Positions 32,511 to 46,032 of a stretch of 64,000 nucleotides of DNA are shown in pieces. The translations under genes and the position numbers were made by a program. This DNA is from Epithemia pelagica. Taxonomy: Eukaryota; Protista; Bacillariophyta. The stretch's first letter is position 1. Every line of letters starts with the position of its first letter. The notes under the pieces are model-generated. The model was not told the DNA's origin. It was given only the letters and a program-made list of their open reading frames with translations, and did not search any database. The stretch spans positions 2,356,001 to 2,420,000 of the forward strand of contig OX337230.1 in assembly GCA_946965045.2 (NCBI GenBank). The letters are read 5' to 3'.

Positions 32511-32608
32511 GGTTTTTCATGTTTTTGCTAGGTATAGGGTTGCGCTATCCAGAACAAAGCAGCAAGCAGCATTGTATCTTAAAGTAGTTCCATCAGATGA
32601 TCGATTTA

Positions 32609-35600
32609 TCATGAGGGCATCCATCGGCCGTTTTCTAACTTTGCCACTGACTTGAGGAGTTGTCGAAATATGGCAATATCATTGCTTGAAATGTCTGAAA
32701 ACGCTTTTAGGATGTCGTCCGTCGACGGTCGTCGTTTTCGGACGTACTCTTTGATACGCAGCAAAAGCTGTGTATAGTCATTCCTGTTTTCCACTGGTTT
32801 GTCGGAGGCTCGTACGGTTGCAGTCCGTTGCCTTAGGGATGCCAACAACCCCTGGGAAGAACCGGGTACGTTAGATCCTTGCGATAATGGTCCACCTGGT
32901 ACTCCAAACCGCTGTGCTTCACCTAAACCTTGATGGCCATTTGAGGAAACACTCTCTCGAAGGGCTTTTGCTGCTTCACGGGCAACTCGTTTCGCTTCAT
33001 GTTCCATTTCGGCCGAAGTTGCTTTGCCGGATGACGAATTTTCCACAACATTGTGGTCAAAGATTGCAGCAAGTCCTTTGCTTCTCATCACGTCTCGCAG
33101 GTTAGTCTCCTGTTCTTGTTGATTTTCTACATCAATGACACCAGCCCCTCTGGTCTTTTCTCCAGTTTCTGTCACGCCATGCCCACCAGCCTGTATACTG
33201 CCACTGTCATGTTTCAAAGTGAACAGATCTCGTAGATCGCTAGCCGAGAAAAGTCGTCTTTGTCTTGGATCCTGAAGGACGCGGTTCGAAAGCGCTGTTT
33301 TGAAAATTTGACGCTGATAAATTTTTTCTTCAACTGTTCCTGCTGTGATGAGCCGATAGACAGTAACCTCTTTCTTCTGCCCAAATCTCCAAGCCCGTTC
33401 GCGAGCTTGTGCATCGATTTGAGGGTTCCAATCAGGAGAATACAGACACACACGGCTAGCGCCTATACAAAGGAAATTTAGACAATATCAAGTAGTCCCG
33501 CAAACAACACCATACTAAGAAATCACGTACCGGTAAGATTCAGCCCGACACCACCTTACAAAGGCGAGACAAAAAGTGAGAATCATGCCATGTCCAACCA
33601 TGTCAACTTTCAGTCCTTACCAGTCCTAGTTGTGCAAAGCATCGCGAAGTACGATTCGTCAGAATTGAATGTGTCGACCAGGCGTTGACGAGCGGCAACG
33701 TTCGTATTTCCATCCAATCTCGCAAATTTATACCCTCGCATCATCATGAACTGCTGAACAATGTTTAGCATCTTGCGCCATTGGCAAAAGATCAAGACCC
33801 GGTGACCTTGTTTCTTCCAAAGAGGAAGAATTTTCGAAAGAACCTCAAGTTTGCCCGAGCGTTCCATCAGCGTCTCCTCTTCTTGAATATCGTCCTCACA
33901 ATCTTCATCGTCATCTGATTCAACGTAGTCATTGGAAAAGCCATTCTTAACAAATCGCTCCAACGAGCCTTCGTTTGGATCGCACACGAGATCAGGGTGA
34001 TTGCAAATTTTCCGAAGCATTGTAATTGCTCCTAGAAGATTACTTGTTCCCCTCATAACCTTGGCAACCGCATCCGATCGTAGATACGATTCATATAAAG
34101 TCCTCTGTCTGTCACTCAACCGACAGAAAAGAACGTGCTCTGTTTTCGATGGCATCCGGCTTACTTCTTTAACGTCCTTTTTAAGCCTTCGCAAAAGATA
34201 TGGTTCAATAAGATCTCTTAAAACGAGCGCACATCGGTAGGCTAATTGCGCTTGCATCGGAGACGCATTCGAGTAGCCTCCCTTTTTAATCGGATCCGCG
34301 AACTCCTGTTCAAACGCGGGTAATGTTCCGAGTCTTCCAGGAAAACAAAAATCAACAATGCTCCACAATTCTCTCAAATCATTCATGATTGGGGTTCCTG
34401 ACATGGCAATACGATGAGGCGTGCTAAATCGTTTGCATGCGAGGGTAATGTCTGCATCGGGATTGCGAATCTTTTGAGCTTCATCCAAAACAATGTAGGA
34501 GAAATTGTGGCCCACATAGATGCTCGAGTTGCGCCGAACATTCTCATAAGTGGTCACGATTGCATACCCTGTCCCGCAAAATGAGTGCGCAGGAAGAGTA
34601 TCCAAATCTTCTTCATCGATGCACTCGTTGATGCGATTTGATCGACATCTGCGCAACCACTTATCCAACATGGCCAACATTTTTGGAGTCAAGGTACGAG
34701 GAATTTGATCTACTTCGCCAGAAGGGTGAATTAATATTCGACGGAGTCCAGGAGCCCATATTGCCAGCTCTGCGAGCCAATGGTTCAACATGGTGGCAGG
34801 GACCACAATCAGACAGGATCTCATTTTTCGACAGGAAGCCAAACTCCCCAAAAACGCTGAGACGGACACTGTTTTCCCCAATCCCTGTAAAGACAAACAT
34901 GTTTGTCAAACGATTGATCAAAAAGGGAAACGTGAGATCAATGAATCGCGACACTGGGAGTACGACGTTTTTCGTGTAGCTACCATTTCGTCTGGAATTC
35001 ATATCAGCCACAACACAAGAAACATAGAAAACCAAGATCAGCATGAAACAGCAACGTCATCCGTAACAAAGAAAGAACAGTTTACATGAGTAAGTCCTCT
35101 CAAACTGCAGATATTCGCGAGAGACCAGAATGGAACACTTGCCTCCCAAGATACCTCCCGCTTCTTCCTTGTGCCAATTCCACATGAATTCCAAACCGTC
35201 GCGTTGGTATCCAAACAATCGGTCATTAATCCAGGCCGGAACTAACAAACCGTGTCCATAATCGCGCGCACCTCCAGCACCGAGAGTGCCATCCGGGTCG
35301 TCTCGTTCTGCCATTTCCCTCATTCTTCCAATACCATGCTCCACCCAATCATCTACCCGATCTTCGTAGTCAATCTCATTCATGTCGTCCAACGGATCCC
35401 TTGATTGTTTGGTAACAGGTTCTGCTACTGATATTTTCGCATTTCGCTTTCGTTTCCTGGTGCTCTTCGGCCGATTATATGAATCGTCCAGAATGTCTTG
35501 AGCCTCTTCTTTGACCTCGTGACGAAAAGACACATTGTTGTTTCCACCAAGCCGTTTGCTCCGTCTCGTTGTTCGTCCTTGATGTTGGCAAGACTCCATG

Positions 35601-36577
35601 TGAGCAGCGAGTGCAGAGTCCTTTTGAGACTCATTTTCATATTCAACCGACATGTTGCAAATTGGACAAATCAATGGCTCACGAAGAGACTTGGTATCCC
35701 CTTTATTGTCGTCGTTTTCTTTGACATTTTCGTCATTACTGGCTGTACCTTTGTCATCTGTGTTTTCGGGTTCTTCAAATTCTCGTTCTCCTTCTTCTTC
35801 CTCCTCCGACGATGATGATTGTTGCGCTTCCCATCGTTTGTTTCGTGATTGACGACGAGCCTCGAGCAATTGACGACGTTCATTCCGAAGCCGTTTCAAC
35901 TCCTCTCGTTGACTGGCAGTCTTGTTATCCGTGAACTCCACCGACTCTTCCTTGACACGAAGTTTCCGTGGCTGCTCGTCGTCCAAAACTTCGGGTGCTT
36001 CTTCTTGTCGCTTGTGCACCATCATGGGCACACGAGTCTTGCCACGACGACGACCCGCTCCAGACAAGGACTGTACGGATGGCACAGCCGCTGCATCGTG
36101 TCTGCGCGCTTCCGACTGTGATGGTGCACTCTCCAGTGATGGTGGTTGTGACAGAGCGACTTGTCGTCGTTTTCGCAATCGTTGTTCTTCATTGGGTCGT
36201 ACTGGCAAGTCCTCCATTGGCACTTGAGCTACTCGATGCATATATTCCAACAAAATCTGCTCCTTGAGATGCAACAGATCGCAATTTGTGGTGGTGGCAT
36301 TGTGGTCAAACTGCTGTTGTCCTTCCTGCTGCTGCAACGCCTTGCGAGTTTTGCTCAGGACGCCATGAAGGTGTGGTAAGTTGGACGAGTGGGATCCTCC
36401 ATTGCCCTTGGAGGAATGATGAATCAACGTGTCCAAGGCCGGAAAGCCAATCCCTGTCAATGTCGGAGCAAGTTGATGGGTGGCCTCACGAATCACCTGT
36501 TCTTCGTAGACCGTTTGATCGTGACGCGTCGCTTGAAGGGATTGCAACAAGGCATCTTCGTCTTCTTCATTGCTCAT
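32609..36577 (-). CDS. ERCC6: CSB/Rad26-like SNF2 helicase; exons 36577-35143, 34991-34984, 34884-33621, 33554-33531, 33462-32609
   Basis: Spliced product restores [89 protein letters not shown] and a CSB-like C-terminus. Confidence 0.9.
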
Positions 36578-36921
36578 AATGTTGTAATAGCAATGAGAGA
36601 CTAGAGCCTGCTTTGGTCCTTTCTCAATACCAACACGATGACAAACAACAGAGGTCTGCGCGTATCTGACATCAGCTTTGTTCATTCATCGTCGTTCGGT
36701 ATGTGCTCGCGTTTCGTAAAACCGCGACCTACTTGAGGCAAAATTCATCTTGATTTTATCCATTTGGATGTCATTTTTCTTCGTTTTTACTAAAATGCAT
36801 CTATTTTATTACCGTATCCAGTCGCGGATCTAAGAAGCACCCTCCATCTCAACTTATTCTCCATCCCTCCGCCTGTTCCACTCTTGACCAAGCACCCTGT
36901 CACCTTACTTTAAACAGGATC

Positions 36922-39900
36922 ATGACGGAGCCTCGCTTGTTGCAGTTGTTCCGACTAGCCAATGCCACCTTGTATTCGTTGCCGATACCTCCTGAAGCTA
37001 CAGCAGCCCTGGAGGGAGATGAGACCACCCGAGTCGCTGCCGCCAATGAGTTCTTGGTGGAACTTCAATCACGCAATGTTCGTCGAAAGATTCTCTCCCT
37101 TCAACAAAGATATCGAGATCAACAACACCTAGAACAACAACAAACGAGTATAGGACACGAAGGGATCTCAAATCGGAACAGCCGTCGAAGAAGAAAGCCA
37201 GGAGAAGTGAATCATGAGGCGAGTGGTGTATCATCGGAAACGGGTGTTCAGATTGAAATGGGTTCGTCGTGGCTTGCCTTTTTGGCGGTCTTGTGTCAAA
37301 TGCAGCCAGATGGTTCCTCGTTTATATCTTTTCCACCGGAACGGTTGTTTGCGGCTCAATCGGTGTTGCATCGAGCGCGACGTAACAAGCTGGTAGACGC
37401 GGTAGATCTCGAGGTGGAATCAGAGTCTCAGTGGTTGGACGAATCCACCGCTCTGGGAATGTATCGCGATACACAGTTTGTGACTCCCATGCTTCATGCC
37501 TACCAACAATGCATGACAGTGTGGAATCCCTTCGTCGCGGACGTCCTCCACCATTGCTACTTTCAGAATCGTAGAAATACCGAAACACGGGAGGAAGACG
37601 ACGAAGAACAAGTCAAGGGAGAAATCATGCTCTTGACCCTCGCCTCCTGCTCATACATTACTGCGTGTCAACCTGCTGAAGCAGCCCAACGAACGGCCAT
37701 TCTCGAAGCGTTGGGGTCGGCCATTGCTACCATATCGTTGCGTATCCGTTACTTGAAGAACAGTCACAACAACCAGCCGCCACCCTCCTCTCCCTTGGCC
37801 GCTGGTTCCACGCCTTCTTCCGATACAGCGCAAAATTTGTCCAGTTCTGATCATTCTAGTCTCGTCTGGATGATAAGCGAAGCGTTTCATCATGTCTTTG
37901 ACCGTGCGCAAGCATTCCACTTGGATCCTTTGGCCTTGAGTACCTCCTTGACCTTGACCTTGGGTGCCTTACCGGATACCATTCTCAGCAGTCCAGGTGG
38001 TGCCCGTGGACGACTCTCGGTAGATCCTCGTTCGCTCGAAGCAGCCGTGACGGAATTACGTGGTCGGGGATTCCATGATCTTTGGACTGCCTTGCAACAC
38101 GTTGGATCCTTGTTATCCTTGAACAACAGCAACAACAACCACACGGCCCATCCCTTTTTGGTCTTGACGACTCTGGAGAAATGGGCCCGGTTTCTATGTG
38201 TACCCCAAGAAAAAGTGAATGAGATTTCGAGTCTTCTTAGTCAGTTCCTTTCATCCAATGAACCCAAGGATCATGCGGCCGCCCTCTTGTTTTTGACATC
38301 GGTGTTTGAGGGAGGGAGATGGACCGAAGAACAAGTACTCTCGTTTGGTCTGGGCCTGTCTGGACATCAACTGGTACTCGGAAAAAAGAAACAATCCAGC
38401 CGATCAAGGCGACGGCACAAGGAAATGGTTTCCAATAAGACTAGCAACAACAATGTGGAACAAGCCCAGCGTGAGGTGGTAGAGCGAGGGGCTGTCGCAT
38501 GTCAGGTCGCCGTGGCAATCTGGTCTCCGTTAAATACCTTGTTTCGATCCGTTTTGGATGCAACATTGGAGCCTGGTGAAGTGGATGGTGAAGGACCCAT
38601 TGGATGTGTCGCAACTGCCACCCACACCTGTTTGCCCTTTCTCTTGTTACTCAAGCAGCAAGAGATGCCACGAGGACATGAATTGTTTCAACAGCTCGCC
38701 CATGCTCTGGTTCAACTCTGTAGCTCGTCGAACCAAACAGTTCGATCCTTGGCTTTTCCACCAATCTATGCCTTATACAGGGCCGCCGTATCCAAATGTC
38801 GAGAACAACAAGAACAGAGTGCTTCCAACAGTCACCAAGATGACTTTGTTCTGGATATATTGCCTCAGGTGAGTACCTCCCGATTGGAAACGTACCAACT
38901 TTTTGAATATGTGCTCACAAATATTACAACAAAGTGTTTGACAAAACTGGCCGCGGCCTGCTTCTATCCGACCGACTACTTTGTTGATTTACGAGCCGAA
39001 TCAGATGAAGAGCTGGAGATTCATCGCAATGAAGTTCGTGATTTGTTCCGTGCCTTGACGGGAGGCGAAGATGAGGAAGGACATGAGGTTCCCCTGCCGT
39101 CGTTGCAATTGCTTCATCGAACAACCAAATCGTTATGGCAAGAAATGCAAAAGACACAACATCATCCTCCAGAAACCTATGTTCACACGCTTTCTGCACT
39201 GGCCAAACCTCTTGGACGCCTGGTACGACAGTGGCTGAGTACAGGACGGACCGAACCTCAGGACAGTCGCCTTTTTGTGCTCCAAGAGTCCTCGGAGCAA
39301 TGCTTGGTTCAGGTTCTTGAAATTCTGGCAACCTCTCTGTTGAGAATAAGCACTCTCTTCCACGATTCGCCAAATATGCAGGTAGTTCTCCCACTTTCTC
39401 GCACTCTCAACATTGCCGTGGCGTCGATGGCTCCAGTCTTGGGTGCATTGGCATCGTCCTCCGTGACACAAAGTAGTGTGGCCAAAGTTCTTCCATTAGC
39501 AACGAGGCTTGCGTTGCTGTCACTTCGCTTCTTGCCAGAACTGGCAACCTCTGAAAAGCTTGTCTATGAGATTCGAGGGACGATGCGAGGTCCCGGTGGC
39601 GAAGATCACGTGGGAAGTTTGTCCTTAATGAGACTAACAACGGAAAATGAAGCCTTGACTTCCCTCCTGGTGCAATCTGTCGCACCGGACATGAAGGACA
39701 TTTGTGCTACACACGAGTACTTGAAATCAGTGGAACAGTGTTGGGACGAATCTAGTCAAAACCCCAGAACCGTGCCCAAATCAAGACGGAACTTACTCGG
39801 AGTTATTTGCAGGCTGGAAGTTTCTTCGAGAGGTCAAGCTGGGGCTTCTGAAATGCTGACGAGTCTTGTGCATTCCTCGGTTTCGTTGATACTGTCGGTC

Positions 39901-41297
39901 GACACCAACAGACTCTCTGAACAATCCTTCTTCATGCTATGTGAAACATGTCATGATCTTGCTGCTTTAGCCCCTCTTTTTGCGCCTTCATTCTTCGATC
40001 AAGGAGAGAACAAGAAGTCTCTTGAAACTCTTCGACTAGCAGCAGTTCAACAATACATGACTTTAATTCATGACCTGGAAATTGATGGGACCATCCAACA
40101 GGTGAGACCAGTTGTGCGCAAATGCATCTATCAGCGTCGAACTCGTTATCTCACCTCTGTTCATAGTGGAACCGCCTTCGTGGTGCTCTGTTTTGCCTCT
40201 TTGTCACGTCAGGTAATTCAGATTGGGGAGAAACAACAGCCGTTGTCGCCCGTGATCTCATTTTGGCAGAGTGTCAGTCTGTTTCTCAGTTCTTCCAGAC
40301 TGGAGGCTCGCAGACGAGCGCAGTATTTGAGGATTCGGTCATTTCTCCTGACGTTGTCCCCGCAGGTCTCTTTGTGATGAGTATTGGTCAACGTTTCATC
40401 AATCAACCCAGTACAGAACCTTTACCCACTCCACATTGTATTAATGTACTGCTCGACGTCTCTTCGACAGTCATTGAAAGTTTGTTACTTCCTATGCCAG
40501 CCACAACAGAGGGCACTTTCTGTGATCCTCGGTGTTCCATTGCAGAAGCCTGGTTTGCCACTCTCGCCGGACTAGCCCGATCTCGTCAGGTTGTTTCCTC
40601 GAAAAATGACCCCGTCAGGCTGAACCAACTGTTAACGGATTCTGTCGTTGCGGCAGTTGCTCTTATCTTCTCTCCTAGACTCGGAAAAGATGAGATTGGC
40701 AGCAATGGCGACGCCCTCGGTGGAATGAGTATGGACGGACCACAGAGTCTCGCAATGATGGATTTCTTGTCAGCTTTTCTTGCTCTCGGTTCCGACAGCC
40801 TTGCTCGTTCCGTGGAGGAACTTGGAAAAAGGTTTCCATCACACGTACATGGTCAACCGATAACAGATGGAACGTTAGGCCTTGCAGTTCTTCTCAGCGC
40901 TCTGTTTCGGGCAATCCAGGGTGCATTGCCTCCATGGGTTGTGGAGAGCGTCCCGCTTGTGTTCTCCAACCTGTTTTGTTGCGGACTGGGACGAAATCTC
41001 ACCGTATTTGGAAATGTCATGCGAGCATCCATTGAACTAAGAGTTCCCGTTTCTTTCCCTTCTCCAATGAGGGGAGTACAACCGGGTCAATTACTGTCGG
41101 GTTACGCCTTTGACGGAATTCAGGAAAGCACCAAGTTAACCTTTGTGCAACAAGTCCTGGAGCTTGCCGAAGCGGACAATCACACGAGTTGGAAGAGACT
41201 GAAACACTGCATCAAGGCAGCTTGTGGAGGAAAGAAGAAAGACACGGACTTCCGACAAAAGCCATCTCTCACGAGATGGGAATTCGAACGGATATAA
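36922..41297 (+). CDS. Large HEAT/ARM-repeat protein, importin-beta-like (transportin-3/importin-13-like); probable introns 38869-38934 and 40102-40166
   Basis: AANEFLVELQ and LFAAQSVL near the N-terminus; YPTDYF...ELEIHRNEVRDLF. The GTGAG...AG intron 40102-40166 joins ORF 36922 to ORF 40263 in frame. Confidence 0.6.
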
Positions 41298-41480
41298 CAA
41301 GAGTTCTGGTCACTACAGATCACGTCAAAAGTCTTTTCGACAAAACGGGAAGTATGTAGAAGGACGTATGGATACGGCATCGCGTAATGAATTATAGATT
41401 CTTATCTATCTTTCTAAGAAGTATGAAGACTGCTGTGCTGAAAATAGTAAGAGCACGTGACAGAATAGTCAACACACCCT

Positions 41481-42425
41481 CTAGATCACTGTGTTGAAGC
41501 GTTCCTTCCACATGTTGACGAGGTCCTCGTCGGTTGTGGACGGCTTACGCTGATAGGCACAAATCTTGCTTCCGGAACTTTGCAGGTGGTAGAACAAGTG
41601 ATCATGGGAATGATAATCTTCCCGCTGACAATCATGCACCAAGACAATGGTATGAGCTGCAGGAGCACCACGAGCGCTGGCATGCAAAAAGGAGACCGCC
41701 AAACATGCCTGACGCCATCGACCATCCACCATGTAGACATCAAAGGGTTCTGGTTCGGAGATCAAAGGAGCCAACTGGTAGTTGAGAGGATTTTTGGGCA
41801 TGTCGGTACGGGAAGGAAAGCCCCAAGCCTTGGTGGAACCAACATCGGCGAAGTAAAAGCGAAAGTACGAGTTCTTAAGCTTGGCACGGGTATCACTGAC
41901 ATAAACAGAATCGGAATCAATTCCAGCATAGCGAGGAACACCAACATGACCTGCGATAAGGGTGGATTCCCCCAGACCGTACTCAAAGACCGAGGAAGCA
42001 TTGCCGTAAATCTGCGCCAACTTGACACGGTCTTCATCGTTCAGACCACCGTTCGATTTGTTCTGCCAGTTTCGAATGTCAAAATGACGACGCAAGGGAG
42101 GGTCTTTCTGTTCTTTCGCGACAGACATTTGAAACGCCTCGTGAACAATCTTGTGGAAGCCTTCCTTGGACTGGGTTTCCCCAAGAGATGAGGCACGAGA
42201 CAGTTCCTCGACCGTCATCATGTTAAGGTCTGGGTTGTTAAGCATGATGGAAGAGGCATTGGAACCAACGCCATACGCTAAAGCACCTGATTGACGGGGG
42301 CTTCCCATCGGACCAAAGTCTTGAGGGGTATACAACACCAAACCGACCAGCAACACTACCGCTACAATGGCAATCGTGGATGGTCCCTTACGGCGACGAG
42401 ACAAAGAGTTTGCGGCGAGATTCAT
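41481..42425 (-). CDS. Type II membrane protein with a SAM-methyltransferase-like fold (possibly glycan-modifying)
   Basis: N-terminal anchor, VFEYGLGEST, GIDSD, FDVYMVDGRWRQAC, VLVHD. Confidence 0.6.
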   Translation of the reverse strand: MNLAANSLSRRRKGPSTIAIVAVVLLVGLVLYTPQDFGPMGSPRQSGALAYGVGSNASSIMLNNPDLNMMTVEELSRASSLGETQSKEGFHKIVHEAFQMSVAKEQKDPPLRRHFDIRNWQNKSNGGLNDEDRVKLAQIYGNASSVFEYGLGESTLIAGHVGVPRYAGIDSDSVYVSDTRAKLKNSYFRFYFADVGSTKAWGFPSRTDMPKNPLNYQLAPLISEPEPFDVYMVDGRWRQACLAVSFLHASARGAPAAHTIVLVHDCQREDYHSHDHLFYHLQSSGSKICAYQRKPSTTDEDLVNMWKERFNTVI

Positions 42426-43640
42426 GGTAGAAGGAGAATGCTTTGGCTAGAAAGAAGACCCGAGGATTCAATGATACATGGGATGTAGATCGGAGGCAGA
42501 CCTTTGTGGTGGTGACAGGTTGTCACAACATGGATTCTGGAAGAAAGTCTCTTCCTAAAAGGCGTTGGATTGTGTCACATTTCCATCCAGAAAATACTCG
42601 CACGTAGTTCCGAGTCGAAGAAAGAAAGGTCGATCTCGACTATGGTCTTCTTTCCCCTAGTCTAGCTACAGAGGTATTGTTTGTTGCTGATGTTGCGTCC
42701 TAGGAGTATCCATATTCCAAAGACATAGACTCCTGCTTCTACGGTAGATGAGATAAAACACAAATAATGCAACCGATCATTATTTATCGTCCAGCTCCGA
42801 CTGGAGACGATTGCTTTTGCTGGTGAGAGAGTTGGGTAGACAACAATACAAAACAACCCTTATTTTCCTTGGCCATGGACTGTGCATATCGGTTGTTGCG
42901 TTTCTGTCTCTTGAGAAATCGATGCATGTCCCATTCCATTCTCTAGACCTTGAAGGGTAGCACAAAGCACAAGCACTGTAATGCATCTACTCTACCCTCT
43001 ACTCCAGTAGAACTGCTACTACTACAATAGCTATCTTCCAATAGATATAGCTACAATAGGATGATTTGCTTTGAGACATCCACTCTGCAACTAAGAACCA
43101 ACTATACGATACTTTACCGTATAGATTACCACTCGCTTCAAAGGGAATGGATAGGAGGAGATGGATATGACCCAGTGGTAATTCGTGTGCAGTCCGTGAG
43201 TTATCTTGATGCTCATCTGCGCGACTCCTTCCTCCTTCAGTCCATCACCATTACGCTCTAGCGCGTTAATGGAGTATAGGGGGTCTCAGTCATACTACCA
43301 CAGAAAAGCTACATTCATTCCCGCATTTACAATTAAAATAGCCGCTAGAGAGTGTAATACCGACCCCCAAAACTGAGCAATCAACGCAAGAGTAACAACA
43401 CAAGACGAGAAGCACAGATCACTATTAAGCCTCAAGATCTTGCCTGTCAATCAAACATAGGGTCTTCCACCAAAAAAAACACTAGCAGCGCGATTGAAAG
43501 ATTCATTCAGAGGAGAGAGAACGGACGATTCCTCTCTGACGACCACCGCCGCACAACCAGAAGAGAAAGAAACTGCCCTCGAATAGAACATTCCAACGCG
43601 CACATAAATCAAAAAATTACACACGTCTCCTCTTTCAACC

Positions 43641-45599
43641 ATGTTTCACATTCAATTTGAACGCAACATTGAGCTGCCTGGAAGCTTTGTGGTATTGCAG
43701 GGAATGGATGGCGATGGCCTCATCAATACAGTCGATACGTCTCCCAATTTGAATGAGCAATGCGCCATGATTCCCGCTGTGGACAATCCTTCTTCTCCGA
43801 ATGAAGGCGTACCTCGTCCGGTCACTCCACCCTCTTTCTCTCCACAACAATCACAACCCAATTCTGCGCTACAACAGGCACTGGACCAATGGCATACGGA
43901 AACCTGCGTTCAAAATGCCACAGAAGAAGCTACGGAATGGTTACAACTGGTTCGACACAAGTTTGCAACACCTTCGGGAAATAACGGCAACAGTCCCAGC
44001 AGTCCGAGTCGTTCCCCCAAACCAGCCTCTCCGGTACCTATTTTAACCTCCTGTTCGCATCGGTTTTGGTTGCGCCAAGCACAATTGTTAGTCTTTCAAA
44101 ATTTGCCCCAGCCCGAGACGTGCTTGCGAGAAGTGGGTCCAGAGGATACCAGTTGTACGAACGATTGCTCGACGACGGTCTTGTTTCCTGGATCTATTGT
44201 CATGGGAGTGGCCTTGCATACCTTTGAATTTTCGACTAGCAGCAATTGCAGTCAAGAACCCTCATCGTCGTGGAAATACAAGGGCCAATGCAATCAGTGT
44301 CGTTGTCATGGTACACTCACCGCCGGTCGAATCCATTCGGGTTTGAGCAACGACGATCCTCCAGCGGAATTGCCCTTGGCCCATTGGCCCAAAGCAGGTC
44401 GATTGCAATTTCTGGAAATTCAAGCGTCTCCCCCCGTCGTCCCTCATTCAGGCTTTGTATTGTTTAGTGTCGATGGATATTCCGTTTTCGCCCCTGGATT
44501 GCCCACTTCTTCGCTCTTTACGGGGTTGTCGTCGTTAGAGAGTAGCAGCAGCGACTCGTCCACAACCCATTGGTGGTGGAAAGTCTCCTACGCCGCCGGT
44601 GCGGTAGTACGAGAAACAGTGGATTTGAAATCCAATGCAGTCGGAACCTTGCCCTATGGGACCTACGTACAAGTGACGCAAAAAGTCATTAATGCAGCAG
44701 GATTGTCGCGACTGCGGATTCGGGCCGCCCTCCAGCCCACCGACCCGAGTCAGACGAGCTGCCGCGTGTTGGAAGGATGGTGTTCGGAATTGCTCAATCC
44801 GCTTTCGGGAGAACGAGGGCCCATTGTGCAACCTCTTCCACTGCCCATTCCGACCCTGTTTCGAGTCGTACCGGCTCCACCAACATCCGCCACGAGATTA
44901 TCATCGTCCACTTCGGGTGTCGCCGTAGTTCGAGAACGAGTCGATTTGGCCAGTCCCGTGGTACGGCACATGAGAACGACCAATGACAGTAGTGGAGGAT
45001 GCTCCCCCATTCCAGTTCTGGGGCGACGGTATACGCAAGTACCACCCACGGATTGTTTGCCGCGAGTCCGATTGGGACCACAGGCCTTTGCCAGTCTGTA
45101 CTTGAATACGACACCACCTCGACGATATCCCATTATGCAACCTACCGGCCGTGTCGACGATCGCTTTGATCCCACCAAAGCTGGACTTTATCATTTTCAA
45201 GTCATTTACCAAGATTATCATGGCGCCAACACCAATGATGGTGCTATGACCGACATTAACACTTCAAGTCCTACAGCCTCGTGTGGAACAAATCCACGAA
45301 CCAGCAGTTGCACTAGTACAGCCACGACCTCGTCTTCCTCCTCTTGCGAAGTGTCCCCGGCCTCTCCCCAGAGTACCAGCCCACTTGTCGCTCCTTCGTC
45401 GTTGTGTGCCAATGCTGGTCATCGCAATCCCATTTGTGTCTGTTGTTTGGCCAAGGAGGCCGATGCGACCTTGATTCATGGAGATACCGGACACATTTGC
45501 TGTTGCTTGGAATGTGCTCGAATTTGCAAGGCACAAAGCCTCGGTTGTCCTCTCTGTCGCAAACCAATTACGGCCGTAATTCAACATTACTATTCGTAG
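43641..45599 (+). CDS. RING E3 ligase with a C-terminal MDM2-type RING and two short beta-rich (SH3b-like) repeats
   Basis: CVCC...LIHGDTGHICCCLECARICK...CPLCRKPI; repeated AVVRETVDLKS / AVVRERVDLAS. Confidence 0.75.
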   Translation: MFHIQFERNIELPGSFVVLQGMDGDGLINTVDTSPNLNEQCAMIPAVDNPSSPNEGVPRPVTPPSFSPQQSQPNSALQQALDQWHTETCVQNATEEATEWLQLVRHKFATPSGNNGNSPSSPSRSPKPASPVPILTSCSHRFWLRQAQLLVFQNLPQPETCLREVGPEDTSCTNDCSTTVLFPGSIVMGVALHTFEFSTSSNCSQEPSSSWKYKGQCNQCRCHGTLTAGRIHSGLSNDDPPAELPLAHWPKAGRLQFLEIQASPPVVPHSGFVLFSVDGYSVFAPGLPTSSLFTGLSSLESSSSDSSTTHWWWKVSYAAGAVVRETVDLKSNAVGTLPYGTYVQVTQKVINAAGLSRLRIRAALQPTDPSQTSCRVLEGWCSELLNPLSGERGPIVQPLPLPIPTLFRVVPAPPTSATRLSSSTSGVAVVRERVDLASPVVRHMRTTNDSSGGCSPIPVLGRRYTQVPPTDCLPRVRLGPQAFASLYLNTTPPRRYPIMQPTGRVDDRFDPTKAGLYHFQVIYQDYHGANTNDGAMTDINTSSPTASCGTNPRTSSCTSTATTSSSSSCEVSPASPQSTSPLVAPSSLCANAGHRNPICVCCLAKEADATLIHGDTGHICCCLECARICKAQSLGCPLCRKPITAVIQHYYS

Positions 45600-46032
45600 C
45601 AACAACAACAAACTACTACTAATCCAATGGAACTAGAAACAAGAAGAAAATGTTTTCGGCAAACAATCAAGGCCGTTACATTCTTCAAACCAAAGTCATT
45701 GAACTACATTAAATGGTACCTTATGTTGGTACTTACTATTATGGCCAAGGTGTAACCAAGTATAATTTCATGAAACGAGAAGAAACACAACGCATGCTAG
45801 TCCATTGGACTGGTTGAAAAACTTCAGGTTTCTCAATGATTTGGAAATGAAGGGTGACAAAACCAACAGACTACTGCGCGTCACCGCGAACGCGCATGTA
45901 CGTATCATCCTTGGACTTGGACGATCAAGTAGAATTGACGACAGACACAGTATTCTCTATGCTCCTGTCTTCCAAACAGAGCTTCCCTCAATATTCACAC
46001 ATGAGTCATTTCCTGTGCACTTGTACGTTCTC

